This document shows, piece by piece, positions 27,762 through 37,470 of a DNA stretch of 64,000 nucleotides; position 1 is the stretch's first letter, and every line of letters begins with the position of its first letter. The notes below the pieces were generated by a model, which ran no database searches, was not told where the DNA came from, and was given only the letters and a program-made list of their open reading frames with translations. The stretch lies in the IMG/VR virus record IMGVR_UViG_3300031368_000001, positions 1-64,000 of that record; one strand, given 5' to 3'. Made by a program: the position numbers and the translations under genes. The stretch comes from a virus.

Positions 27762-29224
27762 GATTTATTTCTCTCAATAAAAAAATCTCCGTAACTAATT
27801 CTCACTAGCTGCGGAGTCTCTCAATAAAACCCCTCCCCATATATCCCACATCTACCTCTTATCACTTCCTCACGGCACCTCGTACACTCGTAACACGGCA
27901 GACTCTTCCTCATACTTTTCCCTTGTTTCCGTCCTAACATATCCCTCCCCTACAAGAAATATCCTCCCCTACAAGAAAATTCAAGCTCTGCGCACCTTTA
28001 TCACAATCCAAACTTTTGCACAGCCACTACCACCATCTGGGCTGGCGCAGCGACTACCATCAGAATATGGCCACTACCACCATCTAGGCTGGCGCAGCGA
28101 CTATCAAAAAACCTACCCCCTAAGCAGCCACTACTCATGTTAACACCATAACCGTAGCAACCACTGCAAAAATCACGGTCTAATAATTTCTTTACCACTA
28201 CCTAGCGCGCACAAATTACTCTGCGTACAATATCACAAATTACTCTGCGCACACTACCCTAACCAGAAATATTACTTCCCTTGTCTATTGCACTCTCTAC
28301 CCTGTCTATCAGCATATATCTCTCCCTCTACCAGGAATACTACCTTCAGTGCACTCTGTTCCTTGTGCCTGCATTGATCTTCCTTATCCCCACCACCTGG
28401 CTACCACCCCCATCCCCACCACCACTCTCGTTATACATACCACCACTCTCGTTATACATACTTTATTACTAAAACCACGGTGTTGTCTTTGAAAATGGCT
28501 CCAGTTACTGTGCAAACATAAGCTATATATGAGCATCCTGGTTTTTAAAATTTAGGGTATGGGTATTTGGGCGTCAGACCTCTTTTCTAACTCCCGTGAG
28601 TTTTTGCCCTACCATCTATTTCTTACCACTTTACTCGGCGCACCTTCTACCCTGTTCATGCAGCCATGAAAGCCAGGGCTGGCGCGGGTTGTAGAGGGAG
28701 GCTGGTTTGAGGAAGAGGGAGAGGGGAGTCTGTTTTTTCTTTTAACTCATTTTCTCGACAATTCAACTACTTTTTAAACTAGCCTCTTAATAGAGTGATT
28801 TCACTACATTTTTCAGTCCTAAAATATTTCTGGCACTTTTCCGGCCTATAAAAGTCATTCTCAGTAGTCGGTGCCCACTTTTCACTGGCCAGTGCCCTAC
28901 TTCCGGCTGAGTTTCACCTTTTTGCAGTGTTTTAATCGTGAAGCGGCTGGTACAAAGATGAATGTTGATATTCCAAAGGACCTGTACCAGGAATAGAGGC
29001 TTGGATGCTATTGGTACATGGCTGATGTATGAATTAGAAGAGATGAAGAAGACAGGAGTAAGTATAAGCATGAAATTTGTTACATCATTTCGGTAGGTTA
29101 GATAAATAAGTTAAAGTAATCCTTTAGGTATTAAAACCAACGCCATACTCTCATCCTCTCTTTTCTCTCATATCTATGCTTCTCTCATGCCAACTCTTTG
29201 AAAGGTCTATGTATCCTTTTCCTT

Positions 29225-29297
29225 GTGCAAGTATCAGGTGCAAGTATCAGGTGCAAGTATCAGGTGCAAGTATCAGATGCAAGTATCAGATGCAAGT
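29225..29297. repeat. 13-bp tandem repeat x~5.5
   Basis: tgcaagtatcagg/a units. Confidence 0.9.
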
Positions 29298-29780
29298 TCC
29301 CAGGTGCTACAAGCCAGCGCCGAGGTAAATATATATCCTATTACTTCTGCCAGCTCCGAGGAAACAAAGCCAGCCCATAGGTGCTTGCTATTCATGTACT
29401 TCTACCAGCCCTACTTGATGCCGGAGCGAAGCTGTCGCTTCGCTTTAGTCTCAGCCCCGCTCGCTTGCGGCTCGCTGTTTAGTGGATCTTATTCAATGCT
29501 TCAGCCACGAAGGAATTAAGACGCTCCTAGGGTCGCGGTTAGTAAGCGCTACTAAGCTCGAAAGGACCCGAGCAAAGTATCGCTAACAAAGGGGGTTGTT
29601 CTGCGTCCAAATTAACCAGTCGAAGAAACATGACTGGTCAATTTTCCTTATAGAGCTGTTCTACTAAGTATTAATTATTATTCGCTAACAAAGACAACAA
29701 CGAATAATAACGAATACTAAGTATCACGAACGCTCTATCAACGCCCCTTAGATCCCTTCTGGGTGAGCAACCAAGAGGCT

Positions 29781-29965
29781 ACTCGCCTGGCCACATTATA
29801 CCTAAGTCCCGCCATGTCAAGACCCAAGCCCTTCGAAACGAAGGGTTGAGGCGGCAAGTAAATCGGTTCCTTCCAAAAAAATAAACAACGCATTTTTTCG
29901 GTTCTTTCCAATTTACTTTTGCCTCAAGATCTTGAGCATAGCGGTTTAAATTATAACAAACGAGT
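29781..29965 (+). promoter_or_regulatory. Frpo-like single-stranded-DNA hairpin promoter candidate
   Basis: Complementary arms carry ATTATA/TGTCAA and TTGAGC/TATAAC; internal branched stems. Confidence 0.6.
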
Positions 29966-30124
29966 TGCAGTTATTTGAATACTGACAAAGATGTTTGTGA
30001 GAAGTCCTCTCGGTGGATTGTTAATTAAATTTTATTTTTATTAATTCTTAACATGAATTGCCTAAGGCCCGAAGCTCAAAGCTGGACGGGAGCTACACTG
30101 AGCAGTTCACGAAAGGAGGATGTT

Positions 30125-30277
30125 ATGAGATGTAAGAAATGTGGTTCAAAAAATTTAATCATTGTTAAGTCAGGCCCTCACAATAAACTTGTTTGTGCAG
30201 ATTGCCTGGCGTATCAAAAATTCCTCAGCAAAGCTGAAACTCAAACTTTTGAGCAGCTTCAAAAGAAGGAGTCCTAA
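30125..30277 (+). CDS. Zn-ribbon microprotein
   Basis: AGGAGG RBS; CKKC...CADC. Confidence 0.7.
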   Translation: MRCKKCGSKNLIIVKSGPHNKLVCADCLAYQKFLSKAETQTFEQLQKKES

Positions 30278-30469
30278 AATGTTTATATATTTCCTTGAAC
30301 AAGTCTGGGCTTATGATCAAAGAATAGACAATGAGACTCACCTTCTTCAACGACATTTCTGGGATCTTTGGCATAACAGCCCCAAATCAATTTATCCTTT
30401 TCCTTGGATGGAAGAAGGAAATGATTGGATTGATTATTAGCCTTAAAAAATTATGAAAGGAGCTACATC

Positions 30470-31621
30470 ATGAGAAACGCAGTAGATTTTAAGTACTATG
30501 ATATCACAGCAGAAGATCATTCTGCTAAGAGAGACCTGAGACCTATAGAAAATCTTGAGGATGTAATCAATCCAGGGTTTGATGAAAACGGGACTATTCT
30601 AACTGATCCACTCCCGCCACAGATCCCAAGACTGTCCCAGTCAGACAGGCAAATTTTTGAATCCTGTGCAGTTGCAGGATCTAAGATTCTCTGGCCACAT
30701 CGAAATAATAGCGGTATTCAGAAACATCTCACTGTTCAGTACATTATGAATAAGGCCAAATGCACAGTTCAAGAGGCAAATTATATTGCCGACTCCTGCG
30801 TAGCCCTGGAAGCTACAGCCAAAATAGTTGATAAATTCTGTGAGTGGGCGGTAAAGAAAGGCGCCGATAAGCTAATACAGTACTTATGGAAATTCGTTAT
30901 TGGCATTACTGAAGCTGAAGCCCCTTCAGACAAGCATGAACCATGGGAAGACGAACCGGTCACAGCAGGCGAACCATTGTGGAAAAACTCAATCGACAAG
31001 ATCAGAGGTTACAACGGAATCTGTGAAGATATAGAGATGGAACAAATTGAGGTAAAGCCGAAAGAACCAGGGTTAGCCAAAATCATCGGCGACAAAATCA
31101 TATGGCCAAAATCAAAGCTGGATTTTCTTCCTACATCACTTCCTGTTGAGGAAGACTTAACTGTGATAGAAGAGCCTGAATCTGAAACAGTTCCCAGCGC
31201 CATAGCCTACCACGTACTTGAAGACTTCAACTCAGAAGAAGAAATTCCATGGATCGACAGACAACCTGAATGGTTTATACTCCAGCTCGAAGCTTTACAG
31301 AGTTGTAAAAACCTTGAGCATCTTTCAGAGATGGGTAAAGCAGTCCATGCTATAAACAACTTTAATAGGGACCAGGCAGGAGTTTTCTGGACAGAGTATA
31401 ACTCACGGAAGCATATACTTGAGCCCAAACATCTCGGACTCACAGCTCGCAGCTTCCTCAAAAAGATTATTCAGAGCAACGGCCATATCGGAGCTCTTGG
31501 AGTATTCCTGCATAACGTACAGAGTAACAAGATAAAGGTAACTCCCGAGCCAAGTAAGCATGAGTGGGGAGTTATCTGGAAAACTTATAAGAGAAGAAAG
31601 GAGGTACATGCAAATGCCTAA
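30470..31621 (+). CDS. Hypothetical early protein (383 aa)
   Basis: Long ORF with AGGAG RBS; no motif recognised. Confidence 0.8.
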   Translation: MRNAVDFKYYDITAEDHSAKRDLRPIENLEDVINPGFDENGTILTDPLPPQIPRLSQSDRQIFESCAVAGSKILWPHRNNSGIQKHLTVQYIMNKAKCTVQEANYIADSCVALEATAKIVDKFCEWAVKKGADKLIQYLWKFVIGITEAEAPSDKHEPWEDEPVTAGEPLWKNSIDKIRGYNGICEDIEMEQIEVKPKEPGLAKIIGDKIIWPKSKLDFLPTSLPVEEDLTVIEEPESETVPSAIAYHVLEDFNSEEEIPWIDRQPEWFILQLEALQSCKNLEHLSEMGKAVHAINNFNRDQAGVFWTEYNSRKHILEPKHLGLTARSFLKKIIQSNGHIGALGVFLHNVQSNKIKVTPEPSKHEWGVIWKTYKRRKEVHANA

Positions 31622-31769
31622 AGATGAGTTAACACCAGTAGCAGCCATCAAGAGATTCTTTGAAGCAGAACCACATGGTCGGCGAGTAGACCTTGACGAG
31701 CTTAAAGCCCTGTCCGTAGATGATAGACACGAGCTCGGCAATCTTGCCAAAGAAGAGCTTGCGGCATAA
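31614..31769 (+). CDS. Small hypothetical protein
   Basis: GGAGG RBS; followed by a terminator. Confidence 0.65.
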   Translation: MPKDELTPVAAIKRFFEAEPHGRRVDLDELKALSVDDRHELGNLAKEELAA

Positions 31770-31775
31770 GCTATA

Positions 31776-31812
31776 AGGGAGAAGGTTGGTAAAATCTTCT
31801 CCCTATTTTTTT
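31776..31812 (+). terminator. Intrinsic terminator
   Basis: agggagaagg...tcttctccct followed by a T-run. Confidence 0.8.
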
Positions 31813-31834
31813 GGGCGAGAGGAGGTAATAGTTC

Positions 31835-32038
31835 ATGAGCAAGCAACTATATAGAATTGATCTAAACTGGTATGGCGAGAATCATAGATTTTTTCGGTAT
31901 GCTGTTAGTGAAAAATCCGCCTTAGCGCTAGGCATTGTAGCCCTTGCTCAAAAATTAAGTTTTCCCTGGAGAGTAGTAAATAATTACATCCGAGACGGAT
32001 TTGATCGGTACCGGGTACAGGTTGAAAGGAAAAAATAA
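31835..32038 (+). CDS. Hypothetical protein
   Basis: GGAGG RBS; coupled to the next ORF. Confidence 0.65.
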   Translation: MSKQLYRIDLNWYGENHRFFRYAVSEKSALALGIVALAQKLSFPWRVVNNYIRDGFDRYRVQVERKK

Positions 32039-32229
32039 TGAAAATAGTAAAAGTCGATAATTTTGATAGAGAAAATACATCTGATGTATTGATAGCAAAT
32101 AACGTCCATAATTTTTATGCAGAATATATCGCTGAAGCCCTCAACAAAAAATTTAGCCCAGGAGACCACTCACCAGATTTTTTCAGAGCAGTCGAGAATG
32201 ATTATAAACCGTACAAATTTGAGCCATAA
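32038..32229 (+). CDS. Hypothetical protein
   Basis: TAATG coupling. Confidence 0.65.
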   Translation: MKIVKVDNFDRENTSDVLIANNVHNFYAEYIAEALNKKFSPGDHSPDFFRAVENDYKPYKFEP

Positions 32230-32416
32230 AGGGAGATGATATGAGTGACAACCCTGAAAAACAAAGTTCAACATCGTCTTAATCCCCTACATGTTTATTG
32301 TAGATTGACACATCTCTGCGGTAAGAAAATCGCGCGAAAGATTTGCATGTTTTATCAGAAACACTTTTGGTTTATATTGTATTAGAAAATATATTGTATT
32401 AGAAAAAAAGGTAGTT

Positions 32417-32671
32417 ATGAATAAGATAAAGAGAAAACTCAACAAGCTGGAATATACGAAAAGAACGATGACTGAAATAGAGGACAGAATAAAAATCATG
32501 GTAGCAACAGAAGTAAGAAAAACTCATCCAGATATTAAGTCCCTTGATATTCATTGTCCCTTCCAATGGGAATGTAAAAAAAGTCCTTTCGGTTATTGTG
32601 TCTATGATACCTGGAAAGATTCAGCTATGAACAACTGTATCTACTGCGGTGAACCTTATGAGAGAAAATAG
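32417..32671 (+). CDS. Cys-rich Zn-binding microprotein
   Basis: C..SP.G.C.Y...C.YCG.P.ERK. Confidence 0.65.
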   Translation: MNKIKRKLNKLEYTKRTMTEIEDRIKIMVATEVRKTHPDIKSLDIHCPFQWECKKSPFGYCVYDTWKDSAMNNCIYCGEPYERK

Positions 32672-32984
32672 TGAAAAACCTATTCTTTAAATACTATTTC
32701 ATTCCAGCTCTAAAACTCTTTTTACATCCACATTATAGAAAACACGGCTTATGGAAAGCTTGCTTGGTGTTTGAAATTAAAAGATTACTAAAAAGGAACA
32801 ACCGTGAAAAAACAAAAATCCTACCCTGTTGTAATTTATGAATGGCCCTGGTCACAGAACTGTATGGACTGTAAATACGGAGAATACATGTATTCAGAAA
32901 CTTATAGTACAAATTGCTACCTATGCCATCTATGCTGTGAAAAAAATGACGGAGAGTATTGTCCGAGAAAGGAGAAAAATAAAT

Positions 32985-33200
32985 ATGGCCATGCATACAA
33001 TCATCGAACTTAATCATGATCTTTCACACACATGGTTGAATGAAAAATTTGCTTACAATCTATACCATGCTCTTATCGGATCATTCTTTAAAGACAATGT
33101 CGTAGATCAGAATGAGCGGATACTAAGAAACTACGGTATCAAAATCCTAAGCCAGCACCACAGCAGTAGGATATTTGAACTGACAGAAAAGACACCATGA
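32985..33200 (+). CDS. Hypothetical protein
   Basis: AGGAG RBS; ATGA overlap with the next ORF. Confidence 0.55.
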   Translation: MAMHTIIELNHDLSHTWLNEKFAYNLYHALIGSFFKDNVVDQNERILRNYGIKILSQHHSSRIFELTEKTP

Positions 33201-33631
33201 GAAAATATATCTACATCGGCATATTTCTTGCGTGTGTTCTTCCTATAGCCTGGCCAACAAACTGGCCTATAATCTGGCCTGACGGATGGTGGAAATTCAC
33301 CATGCAGCTCCCATCAGGAAAACCCGCAGAAGAACTTATAAAAAGAAAGAGGCCTCTTCCAAAACTTAAACTTGGAGAGGCTATGCTTCACATAGACCCT
33401 TTCGATAGAATGACATTCGGAAAAATTATTCGGATCCAGAGATTCCCGTCGGGGGATAACACATCGAGGGGTAAAACATCGGGGGATAAACCCGAAATTT
33501 TTATCCTTGTTTATTTGAAGAGTGAAAAAAGTATTAAGAAGATCCCAGCCAATCATGGAACCTGGATCAGCATTGAAGAAATTCTAAGAAAGGAATATCT
33601 GGAAAATGAGACTAAGTTAGGTTGGGAGTAA
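33197..33631 (+). CDS. Membrane-anchored hypothetical protein
   Basis: N-terminal hydrophobic segment. Confidence 0.55.
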   Translation: MRKYIYIGIFLACVLPIAWPTNWPIIWPDGWWKFTMQLPSGKPAEELIKRKRPLPKLKLGEAMLHIDPFDRMTFGKIIRIQRFPSGDNTSRGKTSGDKPEIFILVYLKSEKSIKKIPANHGTWISIEEILRKEYLENETKLGWE

Positions 33632-33968
33632 ATATTATGAGAAAGATTAAGTACGATATTTTAGTAATTACCTTAGGATCTATTTCAATCAGTTTCGGTC
33701 TTGGTTTGTGTGTCGGTGTAGGAATCTGGCTTATCGCATTAACCATATATTCCAAATAAATAAGAAAACCCAGAAAGAAAGGGATCGTCTCTGTGCTGTC
33801 GTATCCAGAGACGATTCCAACTATGAATTAAACAATACAAAGAGAAAAGGCCATCTCCCTGTGAAGGATACAGGGAGTGATGGCCAGGAAGAGATAGTGT
33901 ATTCAGGGACCCAGCACTAACCGCCTGGTTACCTTGAAAATCCATAATGGAAAGGAGGTGAACCACCT

Positions 33969-34298
33969 ATGCGGAAGTTCTTAATCGTGCTGAGCATTAT
34001 CTGCATGCTCTTCATCGTAAGCGTCGCCCAAGCAGCTGACGTGGTTATCACGGCAAAGATCCAGAGCGTAACTACTGCCATTGATAAAAATGGCAATCCG
34101 TACGTCCGGTTCATAGTCGATGAAACTCGTAAGATGCAAGGAGTCGAGTACGAGGTAGGAGTAGCAGTAATGGCCTTCAGAGGTACAGTCAAGGAAGCAA
34201 AGACTCTTAAAGACGGAGATGTTCTTAAAGCTATCTGTAGCGAGAAAGAGTATCAAGGTCGGAAGTCTTACACTATCCTGAAGCTGTTGCCTAAGTAA
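33969..34298 (+). CDS. Secreted OB-fold-like protein
   Basis: AGGAGGTG RBS; signal peptide ending VAQA; DKNGNPYVRF strand pattern. Confidence 0.7.
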   Translation: MRKFLIVLSIICMLFIVSVAQAADVVITAKIQSVTTAIDKNGNPYVRFIVDETRKMQGVEYEVGVAVMAFRGTVKEAKTLKDGDVLKAICSEKEYQGRKSYTILKLLPK

Positions 34299-34310
34299 GG
34301 CAAACCTGGA

Positions 34311-34371
34311 AGGGGAGATTCGGTCTCAGATCTCTTGATTGAGACAAAGACTGAATCTTCCCTTTTTTTTT
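34311..34371 (+). terminator. Terminator hairpin, possibly bidirectional
   Basis: ggggagattc...gaatcttccc followed by a T-run. Confidence 0.75.
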
Positions 34372-34392
34372 ATGTATTGATAGTTTTTATTA

Positions 34393-34429
34393 GTTTCAAT
34401 CCTTGTTTTAGTAGACCCCCGCCCTTCAC
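34393..34429 (-). CRISPR. Solitary CRISPR repeat unit (not an array); Racr-like ncRNA candidate
   Basis: 37 nt GTGAAGGGCGGGGGTCTACTAAAACAAGGATTGAAAC with canonical ATTGAAAC 3' end. Confidence 0.75.
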
Positions 34430-34441
34430 AGGTTTTTTATT

Positions 34442-34470
34442 ATTATAACATAGACAAAAGGAGAAAGCAA
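34442..34470 (-). promoter_or_regulatory. Sigma70 promoter driving the solitary repeat
   Basis: TTGCTT-N17-TATAAT with extended -10 TG. Confidence 0.75.
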
Positions 34471-34472
34471 GC

Positions 34473-34832
34473 ATGCAACACACACTTGGAAAATTACGAA
34501 TCAATGATATGCCTTTACCAGCCAGAGGGCATATTGAAATCAATGGTGATAAAGTAAGATTAATTATGAAAGACCTTCGCCGAGGTAAACATTACACCAT
34601 GAGTGACTCAATGGCTTCCGATGCCCAGCGCATAGTCGATTGCGTCAACGGCTGTATAGGAATCGAAAATCCGGGAGCGATAATGGAGGCTGTGGAAGCA
34701 TTAAAGTTAGCTGATGGAATAGCCAGCACACTCATGGATGAACTCGTCGGTATCAAGGCTACAAACTGGAGCATCGTTAATGGTGGCCTTGTAAGAATAG
34801 GCAATGCTCTTAAAAATATCCAGAAGGAATAA
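34473..34832 (+). CDS. Hypothetical phage protein
   Basis: AGGAG RBS; DAQRIVDCVNGC.GI motif. Confidence 0.7.
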   Translation: MQHTLGKLRINDMPLPARGHIEINGDKVRLIMKDLRRGKHYTMSDSMASDAQRIVDCVNGCIGIENPGAIMEAVEALKLADGIASTLMDELVGIKATNWSIVNGGLVRIGNALKNIQKE

Positions 34833-34836
34833 AATC

Positions 34837-35019
34837 ATGATCGACATATACACTAAAGTAATTCTAACTATCATAGGCATAACACTTATCGGTCTTCTAT
34901 TACAGCCGATAATAATGCCTAAACCAAGTATAGCAGATGGAATCGTAGCAGTCGATCTCGTCCGCATCAATGGCTACTATGTTCAGAATCCGCTGGAAGT
35001 GAAGGTGGTGAAAAGATAA
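34837..35019 (+). CDS. Small membrane protein
   Basis: DIYTKVILTII TM segment. Confidence 0.6.
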   Translation: MIDIYTKVILTIIGITLIGLLLQPIIMPKPSIADGIVAVDLVRINGYYVQNPLEVKVVKR

Positions 35020-35120
35020 TTGTGATAGAGAAGGGTAACCATGTTCTACATAGGATTAACAGTTGGAATATTTATCGGATTTGTAATCGCAGCACTGATG
35101 GTTATGGGTAGAAAGGAATC

Positions 35121-35681
35121 ATGAAAATCCAAGACATCCTGGCTTCCCTGGAAAAAAAATCAAAGCTGAATACCTTCCTGAAGATATTCTTTGCATACGT
35201 AACTCTTTGCGGCCTAACCATGTTCCCTTGTTTCATCATGGAAGAATCAATTCAGATGACAACTTTTGGGACATGGCCAGCGAAGGATGCAAAAAATTGG
35301 AGCCTAGTATTAAAAGGCTGCGACACAATAAACAAAATTAATCTTTCTTTAAAGATCATAAATTATTCGGTTGGGTGGGTTCAACCACTTGCCTTTTTTT
35401 CATATCGATCATTTTCACATGGAACCGATTACTACGTTAAAAGTTTAAAAACCCTTGCATTCGCCAAATCCCCAGAAAGCTTCGATGGCAGAAAGATTGA
35501 ATTCACGTTTACTCCTCAGAGAATAATTCAGGAAGGCGGAAAGGTAATCTTAGTAAATAGAACCATTAGAGTAATCGTAGATAAGGTCCCCATTGAGAAG
35601 TCAGTAAAAGTGAAAGGGATTGTTAAAGTAGAAAATAATTTAGTGATAGTGGAGGATGAAGATGGACATAACAGGAATTGA
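35121..35681 (+). CDS. Membrane-anchored hypothetical protein
   Basis: RBS, TM segment. Confidence 0.6.
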   Translation: MKIQDILASLEKKSKLNTFLKIFFAYVTLCGLTMFPCFIMEESIQMTTFGTWPAKDAKNWSLVLKGCDTINKINLSLKIINYSVGWVQPLAFFSYRSFSHGTDYYVKSLKTLAFAKSPESFDGRKIEFTFTPQRIIQEGGKVILVNRTIRVIVDKVPIEKSVKVKGIVKVENNLVIVEDEDGHNRN

Positions 35682-36186
35682 GCTACATTATAAACATCCA
35701 GATTTTTTAGGAATCAAATGGATTCTGAGAGCTATAGATAAAAAGAATCGCAATCACATTCTAAGAAACATAATCTTCGATTCCGGTAAATGGGTGGGAA
35801 CAGATGAAAGCCGGATCCATATCTATGAAAGCCAAGGGAGATCTTTTAAAGAAGGCTTGTATGAATCTGTAATAAATAACAATGAAAAGCTTATTCTAAA
35901 ATTTGTTTCAAATGATCTAAACAAATATCCAGAGTGGGAAAATATCTTTCCCGATCCCTCGAAAGCTTCACTGGAACTTAAAATCAATTCTGTCTCTAAT
36001 CCCTCAGTTGAATATACTAAAATCATTCGATGCATGGAGGTATCAGTCACTTTGAATTTTCGATTCTTTAAGGATTTACTAAAAGGAACTTCCAGTCCCT
36101 GGACAGTACATATTTATGAAAAATTAGATCCTGTTTACTTTATGAATGAACGAAAGACAGGAATGATTTCGCCGATACATGTGTAA
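35656..36186 (+). CDS. Truncated beta-clamp (DnaN)-like protein
   Basis: VGTDESRIH, YPEW, LNFRFFKDLL and ISPI resemble DnaN ATDGHRL, YPDY, FNxxYLxD and MP motifs. Confidence 0.5.
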   Translation: MKMDITGIELHYKHPDFLGIKWILRAIDKKNRNHILRNIIFDSGKWVGTDESRIHIYESQGRSFKEGLYESVINNNEKLILKFVSNDLNKYPEWENIFPDPSKASLELKINSVSNPSVEYTKIIRCMEVSVTLNFRFFKDLLKGTSSPWTVHIYEKLDPVYFMNERKTGMISPIHV

Positions 36187-36211
36187 TAGTAACAAGTGAG
36201 GTGAAAAAAAA

Positions 36212-36472
36212 ATGGGGGAAGAAAGAAAAAATATTGAATGTCCCTTTGCTAATGAAATTAAAGAACTTCGGGACAAAGCCGAAAACAGAGATTACTGGAG
36301 AGAATTATACTTTGAGGAAGAAAGAAAAAATGATGAATGGTGTGAAACACAAACCGAAATCGTTAAAAATTTACTCAATACTGAATCATCGAAGAGCCTT
36401 CACGATCTTCTTCAAGAGTTATATATAGAATTTAGGTATCTTCAACAACCACTGAAAGGAGGTGATACATAA
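36212..36472 (+). CDS. Hypothetical protein
   Basis: GAGGTG RBS; coupled to ssb. Confidence 0.6.
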   Translation: MGEERKNIECPFANEIKELRDKAENRDYWRELYFEEERKNDEWCETQTEIVKNLLNTESSKSLHDLLQELYIEFRYLQQPLKGGDT

Positions 36473-36861
36473 TGTTAAACGTAGCAGCGTTAGAGGTAAG
36501 ACTAGGACGAAATCCAGAACTCAGGTACACTCCAGATGGAACTGCGGTGTGTAATTTATCCGGAGCGAACAACTTCAGATATAACGGAAAAGAGCGTACA
36601 GACTGGTTTTCATTTGTCTTCTGGAATAAGCTCGCTGAAATAGTTGCTCAGTACCTGAAGAAAGGTAGCCGCATCAACGTCAGTGGCAGACTCCAAAGCA
36701 GAACCTGGGAAGACAAGGATGGTAGCACGCGATATGTGACAGAGATCCGCGCCAATGATGTAAGCTTCCTCGATCCAAAAAGTGGAGATACGGTAGAAGC
36801 TAAAGATGAGGTTGGACCAGTCGCGGGGGAGAAGGATGATGATGGAGACATTCCTTTTTAA
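36472..36861 (+). CDS. ssb: Single-stranded DNA-binding protein
   Basis: RLGRNPELRYT...YLKKGS...GRLQSRTW...DDDGDIPF. Confidence 0.95.
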   Translation: MLNVAALEVRLGRNPELRYTPDGTAVCNLSGANNFRYNGKERTDWFSFVFWNKLAEIVAQYLKKGSRINVSGRLQSRTWEDKDGSTRYVTEIRANDVSFLDPKSGDTVEAKDEVGPVAGEKDDDGDIPF

Positions 36862-36889
36862 CGGGAAGACTTTTTTAAGGTAACTAATT

Positions 36890-36921
36890 AGAGAGGAGGT
36901 AGCTGTTATCTCCTCTCTTTA
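36890..36921 (+). terminator. Putative terminator
   Basis: gagaggag...ctcctctc followed by ttt. Confidence 0.55.
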
Positions 36922-36944
36922 AACAAAATATAAGGAAAAAAATT

Positions 36945-37442
36945 ATGGCTAAGGCTTTAGGAATAAAACAAATCGAAATGTACGAACACATGATCATCGA
37001 AGACTTTGCACCATTAATTACCATTTTAGAAAGCAGGACTGCAGGAATCCAGGATAGCGTCACAAAACAGGTTAAGAAAGATATGGGAATATATGAGCTG
37101 CTGGCAGAAAAAGCAGCGCTGAAAGAAAGAATTAAAGAGATTGAATCAAAAACTGAACGGCTCACAAAAGATACATACCATAGGGATCCTGATGGTAATA
37201 ATACCTGGATCTCTGAATTAAGTTCAGAGACAAATCGCAGACTGGAAGAACTAAATGAACCTCTCTCTACTGCCACTGAAGCGAAAAAAGAAATAGTCAG
37301 AGAAATCCGGTTATCGAGCGTTCCCACTGATATCAAAACAATTTTTGCCAGGAGCGGAAAAATTATCAAACAACTCAGCAAAGAAGTAGCGAAACTCCCG
37401 GCAATAAATATCGGGGTTGTGCCTGAGTTGGAAGATCTGTAA
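36945..37442 (+). CDS. Coiled-coil hypothetical protein
   Basis: 165-aa ORF with RBS. Confidence 0.7.
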   Translation: MAKALGIKQIEMYEHMIIEDFAPLITILESRTAGIQDSVTKQVKKDMGIYELLAEKAALKERIKEIESKTERLTKDTYHRDPDGNNTWISELSSETNRRLEELNEPLSTATEAKKEIVREIRLSSVPTDIKTIFARSGKIIKQLSKEVAKLPAINIGVVPELEDL

Positions 37443-37470
37443 AGGAATAATATCTTGTAAGGAGATAATC

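Noticed and set aside
27800-29520. ORFs at 28001, 28281, 28787, 29198 and 29223
   Set aside because: Low-complexity or repeat-derived, no RBS; the region looks non-coding
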